From NCBI GenBank assembly GCA_050331235.1, contig JBHJHA010000019.1, forward strand, positions 32,001 through 96,000: a DNA stretch of 64,000 nt, in the 5' to 3' direction. The translations under genes were made by a program, and so were the position numbers. Origin of the DNA: Leptolyngbyaceae cyanobacterium. GTDB lineage: Bacteria > Cyanobacteriota > Cyanobacteriia > Phormidesmidales > Phormidesmidaceae. The notes beneath the pieces were generated by a model that was not told the origin of the DNA, did not search any database, and saw only the letters and a list, made by a program, of their open reading frames with translations. Positions 28,659 through 38,308 of this stretch are shown piece after piece (position 1 is the first letter of the stretch; each line of letters begins with the position of its first letter).

Positions 28659-30197
28659 TCACGGTAGCCAAGTCGGTTGTGTCCCCTCCAGTGACAGCAC
28701 TTGGGGGGCGGCGGCGGCTGGAGTTCCCGATAGGCGTTGTTCAGTGGTGGCAAATAAGGGTAAGAGCACTGTCTGGGTCTGCTCGGCATTGCTCGCATCC
28801 GAGTTGGCAGACGTCACTCCGATGAGGGCTGCCAGCCCATCGGGGGCAATATCCATAGCGACTCGTGCCTGGGCTGGTAAGTCGAGGAGCTTGATCGGCG
28901 TCGGATCCTCGGTCAGCGGTACGGCAGCGACGTAGGGCTGTTCTTGATAATCGTCACCGGGCAACAGTTCACTCGCCAAGACATAGAGAATACGGCCAGT
29001 CGGGTCAAATTCAGCACTCATGATGGAGCCCGTGGCATCCAACAGAGGCGTCTCTTCCCCTTGGTTAGTGACCAACACTAGCGTTTCTAAGAAGCGCCGC
29101 TCAGGGTCGTTTTGATTAAAATCCACCATGGCCGCCGCTGTGCCATCGCGACTCACATCAAACACTCGGCCAAACTCAGGCAAAAAGTCCAGGGGCGCTG
29201 CCGTCACCGGCTCATCTCCCCCGGCTTCGAGAGGGATAATCGCCGTTCCCTGCCCTTGTAACAACAGTAAGGTTTGACTATCCGGCGCAATGAGGAATTC
29301 TCCCCCTGGTTCCGTGTCGAGGCGGCGCGGCTCCACGTCATTCTCAATGATCCAGGGGCCAAAGTCAGACGGATCCGACTGATTGACGCGCTGCACAACG
29401 ATTTTTTGACCATCCGGAGCCAAATCAAACGCGAGATTTTGATACACTCGGCTGTCCAGCACGGGGGTAATCGTACCGGCGTCTGCGGGTTCAGTAGCCA
29501 GCTCGGGGGTCTGCATGGTCGGTTCGGCGGGGGGTAAGGGAGCTAATCCGGTAGCGGCGGTATAGAGCGCCGGATTGCGAATCCCTTGATTGCGATCGCG
29601 AGCTAGCACCGCTGAAAAGAGGAGGCGATCGCCCAATGGATAAGGCTCAAAGCTCAGCACTTGCCAATCGGTCGGCGTTAATGCAGTAGGATCGCTTCCC
29701 TGGGAAAAATTGATCAGCATGAGGCGGCCCGCTTCATCTCCCTGACTGCCAATGTAGGCAATGGCGCGATCACGACTTTGAAATGTCCCAGTAAAGGGCT
29801 GAAACTGCGTTGTCTGCTCTCCATCGGCAAAGCGATCGCGGGCCGCAGGCAGGGAGACCTCATAGGCCTCACCATAGGGCACCGGAATGTCTAGGGTATA
29901 GGCCATGCGTCGGCCCGCCCAGCTCATCCGCCCTGGCAAATCCGGGGTGATAGTCAGATTATCGGCCACACTGTCTGGCTCCATCGGGCGGGTAAACGTG
30001 AGGGTAAACGCCACATTTTCCGCCCCCACGGTGCGCGATTCCCAGGAAAAGGTTTGCACCCGCGCTACGGCATGGTCCCCCAGCAGCACCAAAAATCCCG
30101 AGAGGGCTAATAACAACCCCATCAGGCCCACAGCCAATTTATCTAAGGGCAAGCGGCCACGGCGGTAGGCTCGGCGAGTTACACGATCAAAACTCAT
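28659..30197 (-). CDS. Membrane-anchored protein with Ig-like domain and TolB-like propeller repeats
   Basis: N-terminal TM; LTFTRPM...VADNLTITP Ig-like motif; LAPDGQKI, IAPDSQTL, SRDGT, FDPTGRIL, IAPDGLA repeats. Confidence 0.75.
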   Translation of the reverse strand: MSFDRVTRRAYRRGRLPLDKLAVGLMGLLLALSGFLVLLGDHAVARVQTFSWESRTVGAENVAFTLTFTRPMEPDSVADNLTITPDLPGRMSWAGRRMAYTLDIPVPYGEAYEVSLPAARDRFADGEQTTQFQPFTGTFQSRDRAIAYIGSQGDEAGRLMLINFSQGSDPTALTPTDWQVLSFEPYPLGDRLLFSAVLARDRNQGIRNPALYTAATGLAPLPPAEPTMQTPELATEPADAGTITPVLDSRVYQNLAFDLAPDGQKIVVQRVNQSDPSDFGPWIIENDVEPRRLDTEPGGEFLIAPDSQTLLLLQGQGTAIIPLEAGGDEPVTAAPLDFLPEFGRVFDVSRDGTAAAMVDFNQNDPERRFLETLVLVTNQGEETPLLDATGSIMSAEFDPTGRILYVLASELLPGDDYQEQPYVAAVPLTEDPTPIKLLDLPAQARVAMDIAPDGLAALIGVTSANSDASNAEQTQTVLLPLFATTEQRLSGTPAAAAPQVLSLEGTQPTWLP

Positions 30198-30930
30198 AGG
30201 GATTTTTAGGTTCTGGCACTATTAAGACTTCATCGGGCTGAATCACCAGGCGACGCTGACCCTCTAAGGTTTCAGTTAGCATGTTGCCCTGCACCGAAAT
30301 CCAGCTATCCGGCTCAAACTCCGTGCGATCACCCGCTAGCTTGACCGGGAGCCCCACAGGATAAGCATCGGCCGCACAGCAGGTCAACACAAACCGAGCC
30401 ACCATTAAGTACTCCTCTGACCACTCCGGCGGGTGAATTACAAACCCAGTGACCGCAACTGGATCATCCGTGTAGGCATCCGGCTCAGGATATACGTTGA
30501 GCGTACGGATCCATTCAACCAGGGTTCGCTCAACCGGCGGCGTGTTGCGTACAAATCGCTGGGGCTGGGCCCGAGTCACCCCCACCGGATCAGCAATGCC
30601 CCGCGCCAAAGCCGCTTCACTCGAAAACGGTCGGGGGACATAGATCAACCCAAAAACGGCGATCGCCAACAATATCAGCAAGCTCCATTGACGGGGCACC
30701 AGAGTAATGTGAGGCGTCGAGACCGTTGGTTGCGATCGCCACAGCGCGGTAACGCGCCACAGAGCCATCGCCACGAGACACCAGCCCGCGCCAATGGCTA
30801 ACCAGTGATAGTCAGGATGCAGGAGCACAGCCAACCGCCCCGTCCACCAGTAACGCAACAGCATCAGGCCCCATAGCAACATGGCCAGCGCGTCCCCAAA
30901 GATGGGCCAAGAGAAGATCCGGTTCGTCAC
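30187..30930 (-). CDS. TIGR03943/YcgQ (DUF1980) family membrane protein
   Basis: LLHP, TM segments, VTGFV, RFVLTCCAADA, W..V.G; GTG 30930 chosen as start. Confidence 0.88.
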   Translation of the reverse strand: MTNRIFSWPIFGDALAMLLWGLMLLRYWWTGRLAVLLHPDYHWLAIGAGWCLVAMALWRVTALWRSQPTVSTPHITLVPRQWSLLILLAIAVFGLIYVPRPFSSEAALARGIADPVGVTRAQPQRFVRNTPPVERTLVEWIRTLNVYPEPDAYTDDPVAVTGFVIHPPEWSEEYLMVARFVLTCCAADAYPVGLPVKLAGDRTEFEPDSWISVQGNMLTETLEGQRRLVIQPDEVLIVPEPKNPYEF

Positions 30931-30940
30931 AGGTTTCAAC

Positions 30941-31954
30941 TCACCAACTCGTGTAGAGATTGACAACCAAGGTAAATACAAACGTGAGCTGAGCAGCCAA
31001 GACAAACAGATATACCACGGCTCGACTCTTGAACGTCGTCAGCAACAGGGAAATATTTTTGAGATCAATCATGGGACCAAACACCAAGAAGGCCAAGATC
31101 GAGCCACTGGTAAACGTGGAAGAAAATGACAGAGCAAAAAAGGAGTCAACCGTCGAACAAATGGAAACTATCCACGCCAGCAACATCATCGCCAGGATAG
31201 AGGTGATGGGACCTTGCCCCAAAGCCAGAATCCAATCTCGGGGGATGGCCACCTGCACCGTCGCCGCGATCGCGCTGCCCACAACGAGCACCGCACCCAA
31301 CTCCCGAAATTCCTGCAGCATCATTTCTAAGATGGCCTGGACTTTAATTGGCCAAGCCCCTTTAGCAAGCGCCGCCGCTTCGGCAACCACTGGCGGCTGA
31401 TCCAGCTTCATCGCACCAGTTGAACTGAGCAGATAGGTACCGCGACTCAACAAAGTCGCCTCAGAACCGATTAACATCGGTTGCGGTGCCGGTGCCACCA
31501 AATACCGGGCAACCGCCGGTTTGAGAAACGGCCGCAAATCTTTTTGCACGCTAAAGACACAGGCAATGATGACGGATATCAAGATGGTCAGACCCACCCG
31601 CCAAAACACCATGGCTGGCTGGTCACGAAAAGCAACCCACGTTGCCCAAAACACGATGGGATTGACCGTCGGTGCAGCCAGTAAAAAACCAATGGCCAAG
31701 GCCGACGGCGCACCTTGCATCAGCAACCGCCGCGCCACGGGCACATTGCCGCATTCACAGACTGGAAACAAACAACCAAACAAACTGCCTGAAATGGCGG
31801 CCAGTACCGGCTGCTTGGGTGTCAAGGCAATCAATTTACGCTCGTCGACCAAAACCGCCAACAGACTAGAAAAAGCTACCCCCAACAGCAAAAAGGGCGT
31901 CGCCTCGACTAGCAAACTGAGGAAGAGTGTTAGACCTTGGTTTAGTTGAGACAT
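30941..31954 (-). CDS. YcgR/DUF318 (ArsP_1) family permease
   Basis: EATPFLLLG, FPVCECG..PVARRL, SICSTVD, FLVFGPMIDLKN. Confidence 0.9.
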   Translation of the reverse strand: MSQLNQGLTLFLSLLVEATPFLLLGVAFSSLLAVLVDERKLIALTPKQPVLAAISGSLFGCLFPVCECGNVPVARRLLMQGAPSALAIGFLLAAPTVNPIVFWATWVAFRDQPAMVFWRVGLTILISVIIACVFSVQKDLRPFLKPAVARYLVAPAPQPMLIGSEATLLSRGTYLLSSTGAMKLDQPPVVAEAAALAKGAWPIKVQAILEMMLQEFRELGAVLVVGSAIAATVQVAIPRDWILALGQGPITSILAMMLLAWIVSICSTVDSFFALSFSSTFTSGSILAFLVFGPMIDLKNISLLLTTFKSRAVVYLFVLAAQLTFVFTLVVNLYTSW

Positions 31955-32071
31955 CCCTGCCTACCCACTGTCGGATGCGGTCATCGCCTACTCGCCCATC
32001 CCGAGAGCATGAGCTTGAGACGCAATCCCACCATCATAATGCGTCATGATCCCCATCGTGGGTGGCTCAAC

Positions 32072-32755
32072 TCACCACAGTCTAATTTTGGTTACGCTGA
32101 TGTTGCCCGACAGGCAGATATCCACATCAGCGCCCGCATCACGGCGGCGATCACGATATTTGCCGGTATAGTGAAAGCGATCGCCGTCAATTTCAAATTC
32201 GGTCGGCAGCGGCTGTGTACAGGTGGGACAAAACACGATCGCCGGAGGCGGATCAGCCGCCTGTAGATGAGGCAAGTTGACATTCCAAAACTGTCCCGAC
32301 TCCAGCGGTTGTTCCATGAGTTGTAACAATACGCCCCGAGCGAGTCGGGTAGCCATCTCCCAATCAATCGGCTGACGATTCGCAATGTAATGGGAAATGG
32401 CAATGCCCGGAATGCGTAACAGCGTGGCTTCTCGCACCGCTGCCACCGTCCCCGAAACATAGATGTCAGAACCGAGATTGCCACCAGCGTTGATTCCCGA
32501 CAGCACCCATCGTGTCTCTGGATGCAAATAGCTCACAGCCACACGGGTGCAGTCCGCCGGAGTACCGCTAATGGCGTGTTCCCGCTCAGCCCGCTGGGCA
32601 ATGGCGATCGCCCCACCACGATTAAGCTGATGGCTACAGCCTGACAGCGGCTGATCTGGCGCCACAATAGCCGTCACAACCTCGGGGAAAGCCGCCTGCA
32701 AGGCACGAATACCTGGGGCATCAATGCCATCATCATTTGTCAACACTATGGTCAT
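32072..32755 (-). CDS. surE: 5'/3'-nucleotidase SurE
   Basis: LTNDDGIDAPG, GTPADC, SGINAGGN, SGTVAA. Confidence 0.95.
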   Translation of the reverse strand: MTIVLTNDDGIDAPGIRALQAAFPEVVTAIVAPDQPLSGCSHQLNRGGAIAIAQRAEREHAISGTPADCTRVAVSYLHPETRWVLSGINAGGNLGSDIYVSGTVAAVREATLLRIPGIAISHYIANRQPIDWEMATRLARGVLLQLMEQPLESGQFWNVNLPHLQAADPPPAIVFCPTCTQPLPTEFEIDGDRFHYTGKYRDRRRDAGADVDICLSGNISVTKIRLW

Positions 32756-32880
32756 GGAAGGAGGTACCCTGAAATGCACAGTAACCGTCAGCCCTGCAAA
32801 TGCTGAAGACCTTGAGGCTGTGGGGTCAATGGGGGTATTAGCTCTTAACTCAATGCAGCACCTAGGACGGGTCGTGAGCG

Positions 32881-33735
32881 CTAGAGCCAAGTGCCGGTAA
32901 ATACTTTTTCGGCTGGTCCCGTCATGTAAACACGATTGTCGACAGCGGACCATTCAATGTGCAGCGGCCCCCCGGGCAATTCGACCGTGGCCGCACGATC
33001 ACAATGGTCGGTGAGTACCCCAGCCACGAGCGACGCACAGGCCCCGGTGCCGCAGGCCAGCGTCGCCCCGGCTCCCCTTTCCCAAACCCGCATCTGGAGA
33101 TAGTCGCGACTTACCACCTCGATAAATTCCGTATTGATGCGCTGGGGAAACACACTGTGATGCTCGAATTGCGGACCTAACTCAGCCAAGGCGATCGCGG
33201 CGGCATCATCCACAAAGGTGATGCAGTGGGGATTGCCCATACTGACACAGGTGATCGACCACTCCTGACCAGCAACCGTCAAAGGTTGACCAATCACCGA
33301 CTCATTGGCAGCCACTACCGTCGTAGGAATTTTTCCCGCTGCCAAAATCGGCTCGCCCATGTCAACTGTGACTTGACCGTCGGGCTGCAGCGTGGGCGTC
33401 ATCGTTCCCGCCAGCGTATGAATGGTGTAAGCCTTGGGGGGAGCTGCTGGTTGACCATCGGCCGTCTCCAGATCTGCAATGAACTTCGCCAAGCAGCGAA
33501 TGCCGTTGCCGCACATTTCGGGCTCTGACCCGTCAGAGTTAAAGATTCGCATGGTGTAGTCGGTGCCCTGCTGTCCTGGCAGGACAAAAATCACCCCGTC
33601 GCCTCCAATGCCAAAATGGCGATCGCACCACTTACTCGCCTGTTCGGGCGTCAGCATCATGTCCGATTGGTGTCGGTTGTCAACCAGGACAAAATCATTA
33701 CCCAGTCCGTGATACTTACTAAATGCGATCGCCAT
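32881..33735 (-). CDS. dapF: Diaminopimelate epimerase
   Basis: [33 protein letters not shown]. Confidence 0.98.
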   Translation of the reverse strand: MAIAFSKYHGLGNDFVLVDNRHQSDMMLTPEQASKWCDRHFGIGGDGVIFVLPGQQGTDYTMRIFNSDGSEPEMCGNGIRCLAKFIADLETADGQPAAPPKAYTIHTLAGTMTPTLQPDGQVTVDMGEPILAAGKIPTTVVAANESVIGQPLTVAGQEWSITCVSMGNPHCITFVDDAAAIALAELGPQFEHHSVFPQRINTEFIEVVSRDYLQMRVWERGAGATLACGTGACASLVAGVLTDHCDRAATVELPGGPLHIEWSAVDNRVYMTGPAEKVFTGTWL

Positions 33736-33932
33736 GCTGCTTATTCAACCCTATGCCGATTACCTGCTCATTTGCCAGCAGCCCGGTGAGGCGCTCAATA
33801 TCCTCAATCAGGTCCTTTGCCGACTTTCTTATCGTAAATCTTTGTCGGAGGAAGCGCGATCAAAATGGCTAAAGGTGGGTACCCTGGAATCCAGTATGTT
33901 TGTTTGTTCACCGTTACACCGGGTGTCCTCCG

Positions 33933-34142
33933 ATGAGTTCAGAACTAGAAGCTGGGCTACCCAGCACGCGATTGCTGCAAACCTATCTGCGTGATAAGCG
34001 GAAAGTTGCCGTGAAACTCGTCACGGGAGATACGGTGACGGGTGCCATCACCTGGCAAGATCCTAATTGTCTTTGCATTGATGTCGAGGGCGAACCGGTG
34101 ATGATTTGGCGTTCTGGCTTAGTTTCTCTCCAAGGCGCTTAA
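33933..34142 (+). CDS. hfq: Cyanobacterial Hfq (Sm-fold)
   Basis: GLPS.R..Q, VKLVTGD...G.I.WQD..C; divergent from dapF. Confidence 0.85.
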   Translation: MSSELEAGLPSTRLLQTYLRDKRKVAVKLVTGDTVTGAITWQDPNCLCIDVEGEPVMIWRSGLVSLQGA

Positions 34143-34310
34143 GATTGAGGTCAAGCAGTGTTGTTGCACGGCAGGACCGCACTGGTGGTCACGCTGTTGC
34201 CAAAATGCAGTTGTCAAAATGCAACCTAGTCGCCCGATAGTTTCGCCAAGCGACGTTCTAAACGCTTCGTTTATGACCGCTCAATTGTCCCCTTCTCAGC
34301 CTCGAATTCC

Positions 34311-35243
34311 ATGAAGCAAACTTTTTCCTTTTATGGATTGCCAGGCCTTAATGCGGCGCTTAAGAAACATCAGGTCTCTTGGCGATCAGTCATCTTTATG
34401 ACCCTAGCTGGAGCCATTACGCTATTCGTTACCCTCGCCCATCCGCCTGCCTATGCCGCCTATGATGTGGCTATTCAACCTGGGGCTCCCCGCCAGGGAG
34501 ACACTGTTTCCATCATCAGTACAGAACAAGCGCGCAGTGCCCAAGTGCCCACGGTGAGTGTCAACGAGGTGGTCTATCCCACCTTCTCAATTGGCCAGGG
34601 TCGGCATCGCACTTTCTTACCCACGAGCCCGCTTCATGCCTCGGGGGAATATATTATTCGCGTTGAGGGACCCGAGGGGCCGCGAAATCCGATGGTGTGG
34701 CTGAGCGATCGCAGCTTTCGGACGCAATACATCACGCTCTCCCCTAGCCAGAGCAACCTGGGCACCGACTACGAATTTGATCGCGTCGATGCCTTTAAAC
34801 AACTTGTCAGCCCTGACAAGTTTTGGGCGGGTCCTTTTTTGCGTCCTAGCCAAGGGCGCGTAAGCTCCGAATATGGAGTGAGACGCTATTACAACGGCGT
34901 GTTTGCCGACAACTACTACCATCGGGGCATCGACTATGCCGCGCCTACGGGCTCACCAGTCATCGCTCCTGCGGCTGGCAAGATTGCCCTGGTTGGCCGG
35001 GTTGCCGATGGCTTTGAGCTCCATGGCAACACTATCGGCCTTGACCATGGTCAAGGAGTCGAGAGCATTTTCATTCACCTCAACAGTATCAACGTTCGCG
35101 AGGGTGATTTTGTGCAAGCGGGACAAGTCATTGGCACAATTGGCAACACCGGCGCGTCCACCGGTCCCCATCTGCATTGGGGGCTCTATGTCAATGGCGT
35201 AGCCGTTGATCCGGCTCCTTGGCGAAGCCAAACGATCGAATAG
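34311..35243 (+). CDS. M23 family metallopeptidase
   Basis: HRGID, HGNTIGLDHG, TGPHLHW. Confidence 0.93.
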   Translation: MKQTFSFYGLPGLNAALKKHQVSWRSVIFMTLAGAITLFVTLAHPPAYAAYDVAIQPGAPRQGDTVSIISTEQARSAQVPTVSVNEVVYPTFSIGQGRHRTFLPTSPLHASGEYIIRVEGPEGPRNPMVWLSDRSFRTQYITLSPSQSNLGTDYEFDRVDAFKQLVSPDKFWAGPFLRPSQGRVSSEYGVRRYYNGVFADNYYHRGIDYAAPTGSPVIAPAAGKIALVGRVADGFELHGNTIGLDHGQGVESIFIHLNSINVREGDFVQAGQVIGTIGNTGASTGPHLHWGLYVNGVAVDPAPWRSQTIE

Positions 35244-35497
35244 CCCTTGTCACTGACCGATCCGACAATTCATCAAAGCTTCATCTGCTAGCGCCCGCTT
35301 GATGGGAATGCTATCGAACAACCGAGCAGCTTGAGAATGCTGTCAAAGCCTGCCTAAAAAGTAAATATACCTGTGGAGTTTTCGACCTAAGGGGGGCACA
35401 ATAGGCCCAGAAACAGAAAGCTTATAAAAACCTGGCCTGTTCTGGTTTCATCTGTTCACCAGGCGACATCAATAACGCATACGTAGCGTTAGAATCT

Positions 35498-36055
35498 ATG
35501 AGCATTGAAAAATTTGTTGAACAAGCCATTCTAGACGGCTATTTAACGCCCGCAATGGAAGCCGAGGTTGGACGTATCTGTGATACTGCCTCAGAGCTAT
35601 CTATTGAAGAATATATGGCGCTAGACCGGCTAATGGGTGCTCTTTTAACGGGTGAAGTAGTTGCGGTACCGCGCAAGCAATTCATCAACGTGATGGAAGA
35701 GTTAGTCCTTACAGAAGCCATCTCTCGGGTAGCGGAGATTGAGTCGAGCTCTGACACAACTCTCGACTTGGGCGACATCGCGGCCTATGCCCTCAATCGA
35801 CTGCCACCGCTTTATGCGACTACTGAGGAGGGGGCGGCCTTTCAGCGCAATAACGCCAAGGCTGAACTCTCGGTTCTGATTTCTGACCAGGTTAAAGAAG
35901 CGATCGCCCGCAGCCTTAATCAGCCTGACTTTTACCCTGAGCGGCACTCTATTCGTAAACCTACTGGTGGTGAAAATGTTTTGGGTCAGGTGAGCGACTT
36001 GCTACAAGACTATGCCCACAAGTTCACCCCTGAAGCTCAAGGCGCTCGCCAGTAG
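35498..36055 (+). CDS. ComFB domain protein (CdgR-like cyclic dinucleotide receptor family)
   Basis: INVMEELV, DIAAYALNRLPPLYATT..G. Confidence 0.87.
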   Translation: MSIEKFVEQAILDGYLTPAMEAEVGRICDTASELSIEEYMALDRLMGALLTGEVVAVPRKQFINVMEELVLTEAISRVAEIESSSDTTLDLGDIAAYALNRLPPLYATTEEGAAFQRNNAKAELSVLISDQVKEAIARSLNQPDFYPERHSIRKPTGGENVLGQVSDLLQDYAHKFTPEAQGARQ

Positions 36056-36159
36056 CGATAAGTCCCACTGTCTGTCGAATATTAGGCGTTGTAGCTTCTA
36101 CTTATCGCCTCACCTCTCTCAAGGCATGTCTCCGCTGCTAGGGAACCTTGAGAGAGGTG
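36055..36159. repeat. Two adjacent inverted repeats between convergent genes
   Basis: GCGATAAGT/ACTTATCGC (36055-36063/36100-36108) and perfect 14-bp CACCTCTCTCAAGG/CCTTGAGAGAGGTG (36111-36124/36146-36159). Confidence 0.7.
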
Positions 36160-36168
36160 TCGGCTGGA

Positions 36169-36651
36169 CTAACCAGCTATGTCTCCTGACAAAACGACTT
36201 GTTGCTCAAACTGCTGGTGCTCATTCAGCCGCCAACTCCGGAGCTCAGTGACCAGTTCAGCGGTGACCCTCATGATGGGGTAGCAGTAGCCCGACCAAGC
36301 CAGTTGGCGATCGCGTTCAGACGGGACCGGTGGATGGTCCGGATGGGAATGATAAACGCCGAGGATAATCCAGTCGCGATCACGACACTCACGCTGGACC
36401 TTACATAGGATTTCGGGAGCAATCCAAAAGCGATTTTGCTTACCCGCTGACAGAGGAGCCTTTTCAGTAAATGGGTTTACAGCTACTGACCAATCGTTTG
36501 CTACTGGTCGCACTTCATATACATAATCACGATCAACGGCTAGATCTCGCTGGCCGAGTAGTAGACCACAGCACTCTTCTGGATAGGCCTGTTGAGCATA
36601 GGTTTGCATCGCAGCAAGTTGATCAGCCTGTAATACGAGCGTCATAAGCAA
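36169..36651 (-). CDS. JAB/MPN (M67) metallo-isopeptidase
   Basis: YPEECCG and YHSHP....PS..D JAMM motif. Confidence 0.92.
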   Translation of the reverse strand: MLMTLVLQADQLAAMQTYAQQAYPEECCGLLLGQRDLAVDRDYVYEVRPVANDWSVAVNPFTEKAPLSAGKQNRFWIAPEILCKVQRECRDRDWIILGVYHSHPDHPPVPSERDRQLAWSGYCYPIMRVTAELVTELRSWRLNEHQQFEQQVVLSGDIAG

Positions 36652-36763
36652 TGGGCAGTGTTGACCTCTCCAGTCTGCCGCAATGGAGGGCTAGCATGTC
36701 GCTATCGGTTAGCGACATTGTGAGCACTGTATATCGTCAGTTTCTACCGTTACTCGGCGACCG

Positions 36764-38119
36764 TTACTCAGCAACGGCGAGGCGCTGCTGCAATGCATCA
36801 ACGACTTGATCCAAGGCAACGGCTCTAGACGCCTTAAACAAAACGCGATCACCCGATTGTAGTAGAGCACTCAGGTAGCGAATTAAAGAATCTGGGTCAG
36901 TGAAGGATATCGTCGGCACTGGAGCCGCGCCATTGACAAGGGCTTCTGTCTCGGCAGGCGAGGCCAGCGTCAACAGAGCATCTAACCCTAGCTCGCTCAC
37001 GCATTGACCCACCTGGCTATGCAAACGTAGAGAATATGGGCCGAGTTCTTTCATTGTGCCCAATACGGCGATGTGCCGTCGGCCTGGGATTCCTTTCAGC
37101 AGTCGCAGGGCAGCCTGCATCGATTCAGCCCCCGCATTATAGGTTTCGTCCAGCAAGACAATATCGTTGGCCAGGGTCAGACGCTTGGCTCGGCCACTGG
37201 GCAACGTCACAGCCAGTCCCGTTTGCAGCGATCGCCAATCGAGCTGGAGGGCAGACATCACCGCGATGGCAGCCAAAAAATTACTGGCATTATGCGCTCC
37301 GGGCAGGGGCAGGGGCAGGCTGATCCCCTCAACGACCAGCTGATCATTGCTGACCAGCTGCCCGTGAATATCTCCGCCAGTCAAACCGTAGGTGATGCAG
37401 CGGCCTGACCACACGCGGGCGGCGGTATCCATCAATCGAGCATTGTCAAAATTGAGCACTGCGATGCCATTGAGGCTGAGCCCACCCAATAGCTCACATT
37501 TGGCTTCAGCGATCGCCTGCTCACTCCCCAACAGCTCAATGTGGGCCGTACCGACATTCGTGATAACGGCTATGTTGGGCTGGGTCATTTGCGCCAGAGC
37601 TGCAATTTGCCCCCGCCCTCGCATGCCCATCTCGATGACTCCGTAACGATGCTCCCGGGTGAGTCCTAGCAGCGTCTGGGGCACGCCAATTTCATTGTTG
37701 TAATTGGCTGTGGTTTTCCAAACTGGGCCCTGCGTTTGTAGGGCAGCAGCGATTAGCTCTTTAGTTGTGGTCTTGCCCACGGATCCGGTCACCGCTACCA
37801 AAGGCGTTTGTAGTTGCTGCCGCCACCAGCGAGCGATCGCCTGGTAGGCAGCCAGCGTATCCGGCACCTGTAATTGAGGTTCTACGCTAACCGGATGCTG
37901 CACAATGACACCAGCCGCCCCTTGAGCGATCGCGGTATCGACAAACGCGTGACCGTCAAATCGCTCCCCCACTAAGGCCAAAAACCAATCGTTGGGCCGC
38001 AGGCTACGAGTGTCAGTGGACACACCATAGCCCAAGGTAGAACTCACTGACGATGGCTCACCCATCAACCTAGCGCCCGTGACTTGCACCAGGTCAGTCA
38101 ACGCGATCTGAAAAGCCAA
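36764..38119 (-). CDS. murF: UDP-MurNAc-tripeptide D-Ala-D-Ala ligase
   Basis: DGH.F, TGSVGKTTTKE, NNEIGVP, EMGM, DETYNA, KASR; start approximate. Confidence 0.96.
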   Translation of the reverse strand: MAFQIALTDLVQVTGARLMGEPSSVSSTLGYGVSTDTRSLRPNDWFLALVGERFDGHAFVDTAIAQGAAGVIVQHPVSVEPQLQVPDTLAAYQAIARWWRQQLQTPLVAVTGSVGKTTTKELIAAALQTQGPVWKTTANYNNEIGVPQTLLGLTREHRYGVIEMGMRGRGQIAALAQMTQPNIAVITNVGTAHIELLGSEQAIAEAKCELLGGLSLNGIAVLNFDNARLMDTAARVWSGRCITYGLTGGDIHGQLVSNDQLVVEGISLPLPLPGAHNASNFLAAIAVMSALQLDWRSLQTGLAVTLPSGRAKRLTLANDIVLLDETYNAGAESMQAALRLLKGIPGRRHIAVLGTMKELGPYSLRLHSQVGQCVSELGLDALLTLASPAETEALVNGAAPVPTISFTDPDSLIRYLSALLQSGDRVLFKASRAVALDQVVDALQQRLAVAE

Positions 38120-38308
38120 TGCCCCTACTCCACAATTTCGCTGTATGGAGCCAGGGACTGTCACCCATCAAGTTGACATCACCCCTGACTGTATGTGTGA
38201 TTTTCCCATAAGTGCTGTCAGTATGCGGTGGTCATGATTGGGGAGGCCGTCGCACTGCGCCAGCGCTCCCAATATCGGTAACTCGCTAGAATCTTGGCAA
38301 TGTAAACG

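Noticed and set aside
31955..32071. Zur box upstream of the ycgR operon
   Set aside because: No convincing TGATAATNATTATCA match found
32756..32953. N-terminal extension of surE, or structured RNA in the dapF-surE gap
   Set aside because: SurE homology starts at MTIVLTNDDG; extension overlaps dapF; no RNA motif recognised
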